A DNA stretch of 64,000 nucleotides from Nitrosopumilus sp. (lineage in GTDB: Archaea; Thermoproteota; Nitrososphaeria; Nitrososphaerales; Nitrosopumilaceae): positions 1,440,001-1,504,000 of the forward strand of contig OZ252243.1 of NCBI GenBank assembly GCA_965249555.1, given 5' to 3'. Shown piece after piece: positions 51,515-61,848 of this stretch. The notes under the pieces are model-generated. The model had not been told where the DNA came from and did not search any database. It was given only the letters and a program-made list of their open reading frames with translations. Each line of letters opens with the position of its first letter. Position 1 is the stretch's first letter. Made by a program: the position numbers and the translations under genes.

Positions 51515-52015
51515 GGCTTTATTCCAATCAATCACTGTGATTGATGGTGTACCTGGTAGTTTTACACATGCTCCATGCAGTGCTTTTCTTGCTGCAGCTA
51601 AATGATCACTACCATTAACGTATAATTCCATTATGCATTGACCTTGTCTTACTCTGGCGCCTAAACTTGTGGCTTTGCCCCATGATCTTCTCATTCCCTC
51701 TGAAATTCTATCTGCACCTGCAGTTGCAATCTGTTTGTTTTCTCTTAAAAGATTGTGTGGGTAAATTCTTAATCTAGAATAATAACCTGTTTCTCCAGTT
51801 GTCTTCTCTAATGTTTTGTTTGCTGCCAATCTGGTTGATTCGATTGCCATGTGTCTGATCTGAAGTTTTTCATTTAGACTTAATTGAACACAATACTGGT
51901 ATGTTCCTCTTTTGCCACCTTGAAATTTTGCAATTTTAATTTGTGGCTTACCTTTGATGTACTCTTTTCTGGTAAAGACTTGTCCTCTTCCAGCCCTGTA
52001 ATTTGCACCATGCAT
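51506..52015 (-). CDS. rpl10e: 50S ribosomal protein uL16 (L10e)
   Basis: YPHNLLRENK…AGADRISEGMRRSWGK motif. Confidence 0.97.
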   Translation of the reverse strand: MHGANYRAGRGQVFTRKEYIKGKPQIKIAKFQGGKRGTYQYCVQLSLNEKLQIRHMAIESTRLAANKTLEKTTGETGYYSRLRIYPHNLLRENKQIATAGADRISEGMRRSWGKATSLGARVRQGQCIMELYVNGSDHLAAARKALHGACVKLPGTPSITVIDWNKASP

Positions 52016-52114
52016 GATATCCTCAAACCAGAATGCCCATATTTTAACGGTTAACCAAGCACTTCTTCGTGCTTTCCAATGCTTATATGGAAATCCTTTG
52101 GCTTTCTCTTCATT

Positions 52115-52678
52115 ATGGAAGAAACTCCTTTGGTTAAGGGCCAGATAATTTCAGGTCAAACTTGTATATCTGATAAGAAAATGATTCATGAACTTGAACA
52201 AAAGGGATATGGGGAAATTGAAAAAGAAAAATTATTTCTCAAACAATTTGAGACTCTATACTTACTATATGCTAAAAGACTAATTCTAAAGAAAGGAAAA
52301 AAGCAGATCGATTTTAATTCCTTCATGAATCTTTCCCAAAAACTAGACTCTGAAATTCTAACCAAATTTTTGATATATCGTGATCTTCGAAATCGTGGCT
52401 ATGTTGTAAAAGATGGATTTGGTTTTGGTTCTGACTTTAGAGTTTATGAGCGAGGACACTTTGGCGAAAAGGGAGCAAAATTTCTAATCTTTGGTCTTAA
52501 TGAGGGACAACAAGAAAAGATGGGTAATCTGCAAAAAAAGATTGAAGAGATAACTCAAATGGGAAAAGAACCAATTATTGCAGTAATTGAACGTCGTGGT
52601 GAGGTTATCTACTACAAAATCAATAAAATGAATTTCTATGAAAACAAAGCTAGATTAGAAGAGTCATTTCAACTCTAA
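52115..52678 (+). CDS. endA: tRNA-intron endonuclease subunit
   Basis: YRDLRNRGYVVKDGFGFGSDFRVY motif. Confidence 0.92.
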   Translation: MEETPLVKGQIISGQTCISDKKMIHELEQKGYGEIEKEKLFLKQFETLYLLYAKRLILKKGKKQIDFNSFMNLSQKLDSEILTKFLIYRDLRNRGYVVKDGFGFGSDFRVYERGHFGEKGAKFLIFGLNEGQQEKMGNLQKKIEEITQMGKEPIIAVIERRGEVIYYKINKMNFYENKARLEESFQL

Positions 52679-53334
52679 TCTTGCAATACCCACTCTGATG
52701 AATATTTTAAAAGATTATTTTTTATTGCATACATAAAATCATAAACTTGTACATATTTTGTCTTGTTCTCCCACAGTTCCTCAAAATCTTTTACCTTTCT
52801 TTCAACCCTTGATTTGTCATTCCATGAAGTAAACACATCTACTGATTCAAAATCTATTGTTTGAGTGGAGAATGATTCACTGGATGTACCAGTAAATGCA
52901 ACAATTTGATTATCCTCATCTCTGAATATCCCAATTCTCTCTGAGAATGAATTTGCAACTTCTTCTGAATTTGGGATTGCAATTTTTAGTTCAATTTGAC
53001 CATTATCAAAAAATTTTGCAATTTTTTCAATTTTTGTGTTTTTGATTTGGTTTCCTTCAAATGATTTTGTATATTTTTCATCAAAGAGTTTTGTAAATAA
53101 GTTAAGATCTGCTGCTTTGAATCTATGTCCAGTAACTATTCGTAATTTTGCCTTACCCATAACAAAATTATCAAATGCCATAGATATTGTAGCTAATGTC
53201 TGAATCGACAAAAAGTCAACGCATCTATCATACTCTATACAATTACTCAGACAAGGAAAGAAAAATTCTGATGCAATATCATTTCTATCTGAACGATATT
53301 CTTCTTGAAGTTCAATCTCTCTTAGCCCCAACAA
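52675..53334 (-). CDS. stand-alone PLD-like domain protein
   Basis: YRS…FFFPCL, ELKIA, FSERIGIFRD, AFTGT and FEELW resemble the PLD N-terminus of restriction helicases. Confidence 0.75.
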   Translation of the reverse strand: MLGLREIELQEEYRSDRNDIASEFFFPCLSNCIEYDRCVDFLSIQTLATISMAFDNFVMGKAKLRIVTGHRFKAADLNLFTKLFDEKYTKSFEGNQIKNTKIEKIAKFFDNGQIELKIAIPNSEEVANSFSERIGIFRDEDNQIVAFTGTSSESFSTQTIDFESVDVFTSWNDKSRVERKVKDFEELWENKTKYVQVYDFMYAIKNNLLKYSSEWVLQD

Positions 53335-53529
53335 TAGTTAATCATAATTTTGTTATTTAAAGAAACTATTTTGAAATCCATCCATTTCCACCAGAATGGA
53401 TTAACATCGATCAAATAAATTCAAAGAGTGAATCTTCTGTTTTAATAAACAATAAAGTAATTTCATGAAATAATACTTCAAGTAAGTAATACCTGAAGAG
53501 TTTAGTACTAGTACAAAATTAACTATAAT

Positions 53530-53946
53530 GTGCCTCCTTTTTGTAGACCTAAAACATTTACATATAATTTTAATAAAAAAGTAGAGATCAAAGCTATTCG
53601 TAAATTACAACGCAAGGCAATCCCTGAAGGAATTTCAAAACCAAAGAAAAATCAATTGTTGATAGGAAGTTGGAATATAGCAAATTTTGATGTCCAAGAA
53701 AGAATAAATTCTTGTTATAATTTGATTGCAGAAATCATAAAACCATTTGATCTAATCGCCATACAAGAAGTTAATGCCAATATGACTGGTTTGAAAAAAA
53801 TCATGAAGATATTAAAAAGAACTCATGTATGCGTATTCAGCGATACGGGAGGAAACAAGGAACGGATGACATACATCTACAACCCCAAACGATTAGAATT
53901 GTTAACTATATCTGAATTCCTTCTTTTTATATTCACATATAGTTAA
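53530..53946 (+). pseudogene. truncated endonuclease/exonuclease/phosphatase protein
   Basis: GSWNIANF, DLIAIQEV and ERMTYIY motifs; C-terminal half is missing. Confidence 0.8.
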
Positions 53947-54123
53947 CAGTGTAGAAAAATTGGTTCTGTTAAGTTAGTGTGTGTTAGGTGAAAATTTTAC
54001 ACTGTCCAAAACTCGGGGTTTTCTAAGCTGGTGGCAAGTTAGGGATTTCTAGTGTAAAGTTGGGGAGCTACAATGATCGCAATAATACAATCTCCTTAAA
54101 TTATTGTAAGTGAAAGATACTGT

Positions 54124-54375
54124 ATGGTAATACCACTATTGATAGTTGCAGGACTATCATATCTTGCAGGTGAAACATACAAAAGATATGCCACATCAAA
54201 ACAAAAAAGAAAATGGCAAAATATTGCAAAAATGCATCATGGTGAATCTGGACTTTTAATGACAGGCGCGGGATTGTTAACAAAATCTCCAAATCTGACA
54301 GCTTCAGGAATTGGTTTAATGTTGCATGACCACAAAGATTACAAAAAATGGTTTACTGGCGATAAAAGAAGTTAG
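54124..54375 (+). CDS. small membrane-associated protein
   Basis: 83 aa with HHGE…LMLHD pattern. Confidence 0.6.
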   Translation: MVIPLLIVAGLSYLAGETYKRYATSKQKRKWQNIAKMHHGESGLLMTGAGLLTKSPNLTASGIGLMLHDHKDYKKWFTGDKRS

Positions 54376-54572
54376 TTAATAAATATAATTGTTAGATGTT
54401 TAGCCAAAAAAGGCGATTAGAAAGAGATATCGTGAGGTGGTAAATATGATATCACTAAAGCAGTTGCAAAGAGTAGCAGTAATTATTGCATCGTTTACTA
54501 CTACAATTTGTCTAGTCATAGAGGTAATTTTACCTCTATTTTACAAGCAAAAAATTATTGAATTGAATATTT

Positions 54573-54820
54573 TCAACAAGGTTTTTGTACTTTCTCACGA
54601 ATAATTTTTTGTTCTTTTCTCAACCACTCTTTTTCTAAAATAAGATTTTTTATCTCCTTTGTAACAGTATTCATTACCGAATCATCTTTTGGAATGGGAA
54701 GTTTGATTTCGTAAAGTCGTTTTCCTAATGTATCTATTACATCTCTTGTAAATTGTTTGGAGCGAATCTGGTTTTGGACAGATGGAAAGACTGAATGATA
54801 TGATAAGAGACAGGAGAAAA
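54573..54820 (-). pseudogene. R-M specificity (HsdS-like TRD) C-terminal remnant
   Basis: Read manually as CLLS…VQNQIRSKQFTRDVIDTLGKRLYEIKLPIPKD…; in-frame stop upstream. Confidence 0.55.
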
Positions 54821-55125
54821 ATATTCAGAGAGAATGGACACTGGCAATATTTTCAAGAGTTATTTTTAATTTTAGATACAGTCTTTGTACTGATAAGATC
54901 GAGATATCTTTATCAGCATTCCTTGTTAATGATATTTGTTTTTACAAGAGAATCTATTTGATTTTAAATTATTTGTTCTAAATTTTTTTCATCAATTAAT
55001 AATTCAACAAATATGCATAAATCTTTACTATACCTCCCACTAATTTACTATTTTTTATATATTCAGAAATAATATTTTTGAAATAAGGAAAAGATTTAAG
55101 CTCATATTTCTTTTACAATTATTAC

Positions 55126-55587
55126 ATGTCGTATCAACGAAAGCAATTTGAATATACATTACCTATACGTGAAATTCAAAAATCTGATGCAGAACAGAGA
55201 TTTATTAATGAACTTTTACCAATTAATAATATTGATTTAGCCCATCTAGTTGAAAATAATATTGGCAAACGGTATGTCATGGTATATGACCTTGATGGAA
55301 AAGTTATGGCTTTTTTGACATTTATTGATTCAGATAATCATTTTCATTTGGATCTAGTTGAAACAAATCAAATACATCCTGAATCTGATCAATTAAACCC
55401 TGGTATTGCATTGATTATTACATTAGAGGGGATGTCTAGAACTTTTGGATTTGATCGTATTACATTGCATTCCATACCAGAACGTATTTCATTATACCAA
55501 AGTCTTGATTATACCATTACTGGAGAATCTGAATACAATTCAGATTATAATATGATGTTGACCCCAATGACTAAATCTCTTACATAG
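55126..55587 (+). CDS. GNAT-like acetyltransferase
   Basis: GKVMAFLTF…LDLVE…GIALI…ITLHS…LYQSLDY pattern. Confidence 0.7.
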   Translation: MSYQRKQFEYTLPIREIQKSDAEQRFINELLPINNIDLAHLVENNIGKRYVMVYDLDGKVMAFLTFIDSDNHFHLDLVETNQIHPESDQLNPGIALIITLEGMSRTFGFDRITLHSIPERISLYQSLDYTITGESEYNSDYNMMLTPMTKSLT

Positions 55588-55849
55588 ATTGTAATACTTT
55601 GGAATTATTATGAACAGGAATTGGTTTTGTTCCTTTTACCATTGAAGATGGCATTGGAGTTTCTCTAAGTATTCTAAGGGTTTTGATAACTTCTGGATGC
55701 TCTCTTAGCATTATTTCTAAAAGACCAGACATACTTTCTTGTCTGGATGATACAAGTATTCCTAATACAGAATCCAATTCAACACTAAAGTTAACAGTTC
55801 TGTGTGGTTTTGTCATATTATAGTATGTGTATAGTATGACTATAAACAT
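55580..55849 (-). CDS. ribbon-helix-helix-like protein
   Basis: RTVNFSVELD…SMSGLLEIMLRE; start likely at MTKPH. Confidence 0.55.
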   Translation of the reverse strand: MFIVILYTYYNMTKPHRTVNFSVELDSVLGILVSSRQESMSGLLEIMLREHPEVIKTLRILRETPMPSSMVKGTKPIPVHNNSKVLQSM

Positions 55850-55861
55850 ATCTCATGCCTG

Positions 55862-55998
55862 TACTCTCATACGAAATCCTCTCCAATTACTGCGGCTAAG
55901 TGTGCTTTGCTGAATCAGGACACATCTGCACTGTGCGACGATGCAAGTTCTGCATATGCGATTAGTTTTTCTGCCGTTGCAAATGATGCAAAGTCAGT
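55862..55998 (-). mobile_element. IS110/IS1111-like right-end remnant
   Basis: Similar to ~59200-59270 in reverse; contains DFASFATAEKLIAYAELA, resembling the IS110 C-terminal domain. Confidence 0.6.
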
Positions 55999-56362
55999 CC
56001 ATTGTTTTTGTGAAATATTCCATGATAATCTAGGGCAGTAGGTACCCAATCATCTATTCTTTAAATTACTGTACAAGTCATTCTATAACTAGTTTAATTT
56101 TTAACAATGGTCGATATAAAAAATAAAGAAATCATTGCTCAGAGTATAGAAATTCCAGTGTTAAAAGAGAGTTTTTTAGCAAAAGGTGCTGAATTGGTTC
56201 AACAAAATATAACGCGTTGAAAGTAAAATTCAAAATTATGAGACAAGGTCGTTGAAAAATTACTAAAATTCAAAATCTATTTGTTAAGTGCCCTTTATCC
56301 AATGTCGTAACAAATCCATTTATTGATTATAAACCCTCTGAAAAAAGGTTTTGTCATCCTAG

Positions 56363-56519
56363 CATAATATAGAGATGCGGATCTTCTCTCTGAATTGAAT
56401 TTCATGCTGAACTTTCCCCATACAGATCACCAAAACTATACAGTACATATTTTGGGAAATTCCGACTTGATAGTATTCAAGAATTTTTTATATCACTTCT
56501 GACCAGGGGTTTTTTCAAG
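56363..56519 (+). repeat. internal fragment of the ~260-bp MITE
   Basis: Matches ~61107-61259. Confidence 0.9.
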
Positions 56520-56613
56520 TTCAATTCTTAATGAATCAATGTTCTCTTTATCAATCCATACTTTATATTTTTGTTTCAATGCTGAAATCTGTAATCATTT
56601 TACAATATAAAAA

Positions 56614-56919
56614 TTAAATATCAACTAAAATTTCCAAAGAAGATAGACTACCAACCGTCTTTTTCATTATTTCATTTTTAATAATGTCCATTTCTTTTAT
56701 AGAATTAAAAGATATTTCAAAATAAATATCAACATTATTTTTTTTATTTTTTGGAATCAATATTTCATTTAGTTTAATATTATGTTCATCAAAAATATGT
56801 TCTATGATATTAATTACAAGTGAACAAGTTTTTTGGTTTTCTCTTGTCATATCCTGTTTCCGTACATCGGAATATGCAACTTCAATAGTTGCTGCTATTG
56901 GTTTTTGTAATACACTCAT
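56614..56919 (-). CDS. hypothetical protein
   Basis: 101-aa ATG ORF. Confidence 0.55.
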   Translation of the reverse strand: MSVLQKPIAATIEVAYSDVRKQDMTRENQKTCSLVINIIEHIFDEHNIKLNEILIPKNKKNNVDIYFEISFNSIKEMDIIKNEIMKKTVGSLSSLEILVDI

Positions 56920-57113
56920 ACTTTTTCTAAAATATTATTTGCCCCTGCATTAACTATTATCTCATTGATTCTAATTTTGTAAATTTGTCTCATTTTCATC
57001 TTTGCTCGAATTTTAATCACTAAAATTAGTTTGATTTAAAAGTATTGATTTACAAGACAAAAAGTTATTTGAGACTTGGGCATAATGATTTACAAAAAAA
57101 CCAAGACTTTTCT

Positions 57114-58130
57114 CTAACAACAAAGCATTCTTTTCACAATCCTTGGATTCCCACTTCCAATTACACAATTATAATACACTGCCAACTGATACACCAGCAC
57201 GCAAATCAGCACGAATGATTGTACGTTCTCAAATCCTTTCACCGGAACTGTTCTAATGTTAAACGTATCCTTGATTATCTCAAAGAGTGGTTCAATTGAT
57301 ATTTTTCTCTGAGAATATAATTTCCGACCAACTGCTGAATTGTAAAACCCTATCAACTTTATTCTGGCTGGCGGCGTAGACGGGTATTTTTTGACCGGAC
57401 AGATTAATCTCATGGCATTATTCTTAGTTGACTCGTATAGTTTGGAATCATCATATGCCGGATCACACAGTATGTTATTCATCAATCCAGAAAGTGACCC
57501 AATCAATTTCTCATATGGCTTGCTATCATGGACATTTGCAGTAGTTACACATGCAGATAATGGAACAACCAGTCTTCCCGTACTGCAACTCATGTGTAGT
57601 TTGTATCCATACACCCAACCCTTTGATTTGGAGAATCCCCACTTGGCATTTGTGTCAATTCCTGCAATTGGTAGGTGATTCTTTTTGATGTCTGATTTGT
57701 GCCATACTGGACCTGAAGCTTTTAGCATTGAACTATCAACTGATGCTGATTCACTATTCACCAATCCTTCTGAGACAAACAAATTTCCTACAGTGCTAAT
57801 AATTTCATTGATTGGCAAGCATTGAAATCTTCTGTCAATTGTCCTTCTGTCAGGGATTTGGTTTAATCTGCAAACCTTGAGTAATTTGTCATTGGCACAT
57901 TTGATTGAGAGAAAATAATGCAGTGTGTTGTTACTTGGAATTCTCATCCATGACTTTACGATGAATAACTGAACCATCAGAACAGTTGAATAGACATATG
58001 GCCGTCCTCGTCTCACTGCATTCTCATACAGATATAGTGTTCCAACCAGATACAAAATACTAATAAGAAATGACTCACATAGAATCTTGTCAGGGATTTT
58101 TATTTGTTTTGTAATCATTCCAATGAACAA
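57114..58130 (-). CDS. DDE transposase (DDE_Tnp_1, IS5/IS982-like)
   Basis: VDSS, GYKLH, ANVHD, CDPAYD and YSQRKISIEPLF motifs. Confidence 0.92.
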   Translation of the reverse strand: MFIGMITKQIKIPDKILCESFLISILYLVGTLYLYENAVRRGRPYVYSTVLMVQLFIVKSWMRIPSNNTLHYFLSIKCANDKLLKVCRLNQIPDRRTIDRRFQCLPINEIISTVGNLFVSEGLVNSESASVDSSMLKASGPVWHKSDIKKNHLPIAGIDTNAKWGFSKSKGWVYGYKLHMSCSTGRLVVPLSACVTTANVHDSKPYEKLIGSLSGLMNNILCDPAYDDSKLYESTKNNAMRLICPVKKYPSTPPARIKLIGFYNSAVGRKLYSQRKISIEPLFEIIKDTFNIRTVPVKGFENVQSFVLICVLVYQLAVYYNCVIGSGNPRIVKRMLCC

Positions 58131-58220
58131 AACATAATGAGATCCTTGGCTTTTTCTATTTGAATAATTTGAGAAATCGGTTAAAAATTAGAATGGATTA
58201 TGCTCATCTATGTGGTATTT

Positions 58221-58344
58221 TGTTTTCCGCTTACTTTGAGTTAGTCTGTTAAACGCCCTTGTACATGGCAGTATCCATTCAACTCTCAGGCCCAACAGTA
58301 GGTATACATCACAAGATATGAAAAAGATTTCGTATAACGTCTGT
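58221..58344 (-). repeat. inverted partial copy of the IS110-derived element
   Basis: Reverse complement similar to ~58947-59072. Confidence 0.85.
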
Positions 58345-58946
58345 GTAATTAAAAGTGAAAATCCAAGGACTGCGAAAAGAATGCTTTGCTGTTAGAGAAA
58401 AGTCTTGGTTTTTTTGTAAATCATTATGCCCAAGCCTCAGTTATTTACAAAATCCCCCACAAACGTGTTTTTCAACGTATTTTGTTAACCTGTGTGTTAA
58501 AAAAACTTTTGATCATTACCCGATCTTGGATTTTTATTTTCTACAACTCATACACAAATATGGCCTTTGATACCTACATTTTTTTAATATCGGCATTGCA
58601 AAACACTTCTCGCACCAAATCACATCTTTAGGACGTGGAGTCTCTTCTGGAGCAATCAGTTTGTTTAGTGTGATGAAATCCTTATCTGCTTGGAGTACTC
58701 CTAGTCGAACCAATTTGATTAATGATTTTTGTTGGTTAGAAAACCATTTGTAAAAGTCTTGTAGGAATAAATGGGTAAAGTACTATTAATTGAATTATTA
58801 TTGGTTTTTCAGGGTCAAATTCAGGTAAGGTTAGAATGTCATTGATTGCATTGTGTAAAGTATCCAATGTTTTTTCTTCATTATCCCAATCCAATAAAAA
58901 ATAATAAAAAACTTAGTATTTGTAAGTTTGTCCCCTCAACAAGTTA

Positions 58947-59270
58947 ACAGACGTTATACGAAATCTTTTTCATATCTTGTGATGTATACCTACTGTTGGG
59001 CCTGAGAGTTGAAAGGTTACTGCCATGTACAAGGGTGTTTCACAGACTAACTCAAAGAGAAGAGGAAAACAAAAGGCAAAGGTGGCAGCTGCAAGGTCTG
59101 ATGCTTGCAATAATCCGGGTACATGCTAACTCTGAAAGTGTATCGTACACAAAATCATGAACTGACACAACGAAAGTATAAGATGCAAGGCATATCTGAG
59201 ATGTCCTGATTCAGCAAAGCACACTAGGAAGTGTCCTCAGTAGGGTTGGAGACGATTTCGTATGGGAGTA
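58947..59270 (+). mobile_element. non-autonomous IS110/IS1111-derived element
   Basis: Subterminal IRs ATACGAAATC (58956-58965) and GATTTCGTAT (59254-59263); remnant KRRGKQKAKVAAAR…MLAII. Confidence 0.65.
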
Positions 59271-59395
59271 TTCAAGAATTTTTTATATCACTTCTGACCA
59301 GGGGTTTTTTCAAGGGGGTCGGGCAATCTTGAGAAGATCCATATTTGTCACTTCTGACCACTATCTATGCTAGATCACCAGAACTGACCAGAGCC
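59267..59395 (+). repeat. right half of the ~260-bp MITE
   Basis: Ends AGATCACCAGAACTGACCAGAGCC. Confidence 0.9.
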
Positions 59396-59681
59396 AACAA
59401 TTTCCTCTTCCATCTTATGATCTAATCTACAAGTATTATGATGCCGGAAGTAAAAGGATTCATCGAGGTATTCCAGGTACAGAATTTGAAATAATACAAT
59501 CCATCAGAACAGTTTCTGATTTTATTGATGCACTAAAAACCATCAATGTTTCAAAAAAAGAGGTATTAGAATTTAAGAAAAATTGTAAGTTGGTAGATTG
59601 ATTTTTCTGTGATTTTATCTAGTAATTTTAATGACTGAAATTATGTAGTAACAATGATTCCAAAATATCGTATCTTAACTT

Positions 59682-59718
59682 ATTTCGCATAATTGCGACT
59701 CGCATAAATGCGAAATAT
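59682..59718 (+). repeat. 37-bp palindromic direct repeat, copy 1
   Basis: ATTTCGCATAATTGCGACTCGCATAAATGCGAAATAT; abuts an AT-rich TATA-like stretch. Confidence 0.92.
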
Positions 59719-59746
59719 TATATATTATTGTGCCTAGATTAGACTA

Positions 59747-60883
59747 ATGAAGACAAACCCCTTTGTATTTGGAACCATAGTTAGTGGTGAAAATTTTGCT
59801 GGTAGAAAAAATGAAATAAATGAACTAACTCGTGATTTAGCAGGCAAAACCAATCTTATCATATTTTCTCCTAGACGATATGGAAAAACCTCTTTGATGT
59901 TTAAGGTGATGGATAAGTTGAAAAAACAAGGAATAGTTTGTGTTTATGTTGATCTATACCCTGCAGTTACAAAAGAAAAATTTGCAAATATCCTTGCAAG
60001 TTCTATTGCAAAGGCAAAAGCTGGAAAAATAGATGAAATAATTCAAATAATTAAAGATCTAATTCCACCAATAAAACTCACCGTAAGATCTGAGGATGTT
60101 GATGTTGGAATTGAATTAGAACTTTCAAAAGGAAAAGAGGACATTGATGCAAGTCTGACAAAACTTTATGATCTCCCTGAAAGAGTTGCAAAAAAAATGA
60201 AAAAGAAACTGGTAGTAGTATTTGATGAATTTCAAGAAATCACAAAACTTGATGGACAGGAAATAGAGACTAACATAAGATCAAAATTGCAACAACACAA
60301 AAATGTCTCATATGTCTTTATGGGAAGTCAGAGGCATTTACTAGACCAAATGTTTAATGATAAAAACAGACCTCTTTATCGTGCTGGAAAACCATTTAAT
60401 CTCAGTAGACTTGCTGAAGAAGAATTTTCTAATTTCATAAAAGAACGATTCAAAGCAGGTGGAATTACGGTATCAAAGGAGGTAATATCACAAATTCTAC
60501 AATTAACCCAATGTCATCCATACTATACACAACAAATTTGTCATGAGATATGGAATCAATGTATGTCACAAGAAAAGAAAAGTGTAGAAGAAGATGACAT
60601 TACTCAGGCAAAAGAACAGGTTTTGAAAAATCAAAACTATGCATATACTTCCATGTGGGATTCCACTAAGGGAAAACAAAGGGCATTACTACATGCAATG
60701 GCAATATCTGGTGAGAAAAATATTTTTTCAACTGATTTTAGAGAAAAATATCGTCTAGGTGCATCCTCTACTGTGGCAAGGGCAGTTGAATATCTTGAAG
60801 AGAAAGGACTCGTTGAAAAAAATAGTAGTGACTATGTCATTTCTGATGCTTTTTTTCAAGAATGGATAAAACGAATTAGTTAA
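59747..60883 (+). CDS. archaeal-type AAA ATPase with C-terminal wHTH
   Basis: NPF.FG, FAGR, SPRRYGKTSL, VFDEFQ, MGS and CHPYY motifs. Confidence 0.92.
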   Translation: MKTNPFVFGTIVSGENFAGRKNEINELTRDLAGKTNLIIFSPRRYGKTSLMFKVMDKLKKQGIVCVYVDLYPAVTKEKFANILASSIAKAKAGKIDEIIQIIKDLIPPIKLTVRSEDVDVGIELELSKGKEDIDASLTKLYDLPERVAKKMKKKLVVVFDEFQEITKLDGQEIETNIRSKLQQHKNVSYVFMGSQRHLLDQMFNDKNRPLYRAGKPFNLSRLAEEEFSNFIKERFKAGGITVSKEVISQILQLTQCHPYYTQQICHEIWNQCMSQEKKSVEEDDITQAKEQVLKNQNYAYTSMWDSTKGKQRALLHAMAISGEKNIFSTDFREKYRLGASSTVARAVEYLEEKGLVEKNSSDYVISDAFFQEWIKRIS

Positions 60884-60884
60884 C

Positions 60885-60921
60885 ATTTCGCATAATTGTG
60901 ACTCGCATAAATGCGAAATAT
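60885..60921 (+). repeat. 37-bp palindromic direct repeat, copy 2
   Basis: One mismatch to copy 1; starts 2 bp after the ATPase stop. Confidence 0.92.
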
Positions 60922-61080
60922 AATAAAATTTGTGACTGAAATTATGCAATTTTTTTGGATAATGATATAATTGACTATCTGATTTAGTCGTCAGTTTCTT
61001 CAACTAGAGTCCAAATTTTCTTTAGGGGTAATTCTGCTTTAATGGAATCATCTAATTTTTCATAACTTCGAAGAATTTCT

Positions 61081-61337
61081 GGCTCTGGTCAATCTAGGTG
61101 ATCTGACATAATATGGAGATGCGGATCTCTCTGAATTGAATTTCATGCTGAACTTTCCCCATACAGATCACCAAAACTATACAGTACATATTTTGGGAAA
61201 TTCTGATTGGTAGTATTCAAGAATTTTTTATATCACTTCTGACCAGGGGTTTTTTCAAGGGGATCGGGCAATCTTGAGAAGATCCATATTTGTCACTTCT
61301 GACCACTATCTATACTAGATCACCAGAACTGAGAGCC
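61081..61337 (+). mobile_element. ~260-bp MITE-like element
   Basis: Imperfect TIR GGCTCTGGTCA…GGTGATCT; non-coding; right end has a 3-bp deletion relative to other copies. Confidence 0.85.
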
Positions 61338-61442
61338 GGTCATGCTGGCTATAATATCTAAGATCTCATTTTACTCGTTAACTTGATAATTATAATATCT
61401 TCATCATCAAAGGTTCCAAACACTAGACTTTTCAAGATCATA

Positions 61443-61796
61443 TCAATACTTAAAATCATCTATCATTTTTTTATATTCTTGAATAATTTTAGGACCGGCG
61501 AAATATTTTTTTACACAATTATCCAATTCTTTATCTAAAACAACACAACGATTTGTACCTGGAGTATACTCTGTATATCCTTTAGAATTTATTATAGCAC
61601 AATCAGCACGCAACTCTGATGCATAACATAATGTTTCATATGTTGCAAAATTAACAACAGAGTCATAATCTCCACAAAACTCAACATTTCCACCATTTAC
61701 AAGACAATAATCATTTACATTTTCAATATCAAGAAATATCATATACAAAACAATTATCAGAGGTAAAAATAAAAAAAAGAGTGGAAATTTACTCAA
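61443..61796 (-). CDS. small membrane-anchored Cys-rich protein
   Basis: N-terminal TM segment; six Cys residues. Confidence 0.65.
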   Translation of the reverse strand: MSKFPLFFLFLPLIIVLYMIFLDIENVNDYCLVNGGNVEFCGDYDSVVNFATYETLCYASELRADCAIINSKGYTEYTPGTNRCVVLDKELDNCVKKYFAGPKIIQEYKKMIDDFKY

Positions 61797-61848
61797 TGTA
61801 AATTGAGGTTATGTTTGCATTATAAGAATTCCACGATCTTCTAAAGAT

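Larger units (their letters stand above)
57071..58438 (-). mobile_element. IS4/IS5-superfamily element with 86-bp inverted ends and 8-bp TSD
   Basis: IRs at 57071-57156 and 58353-58438; AGTTATTT at 57063-57070 and 58439-58446. Confidence 0.88.

Noticed and set aside
59396-59601. Open frame ending …YDAGSKRIHRG…CKLVD*
   Set aside because: Probably the tail of a gene cut by the MITE; too short to assign to a family.
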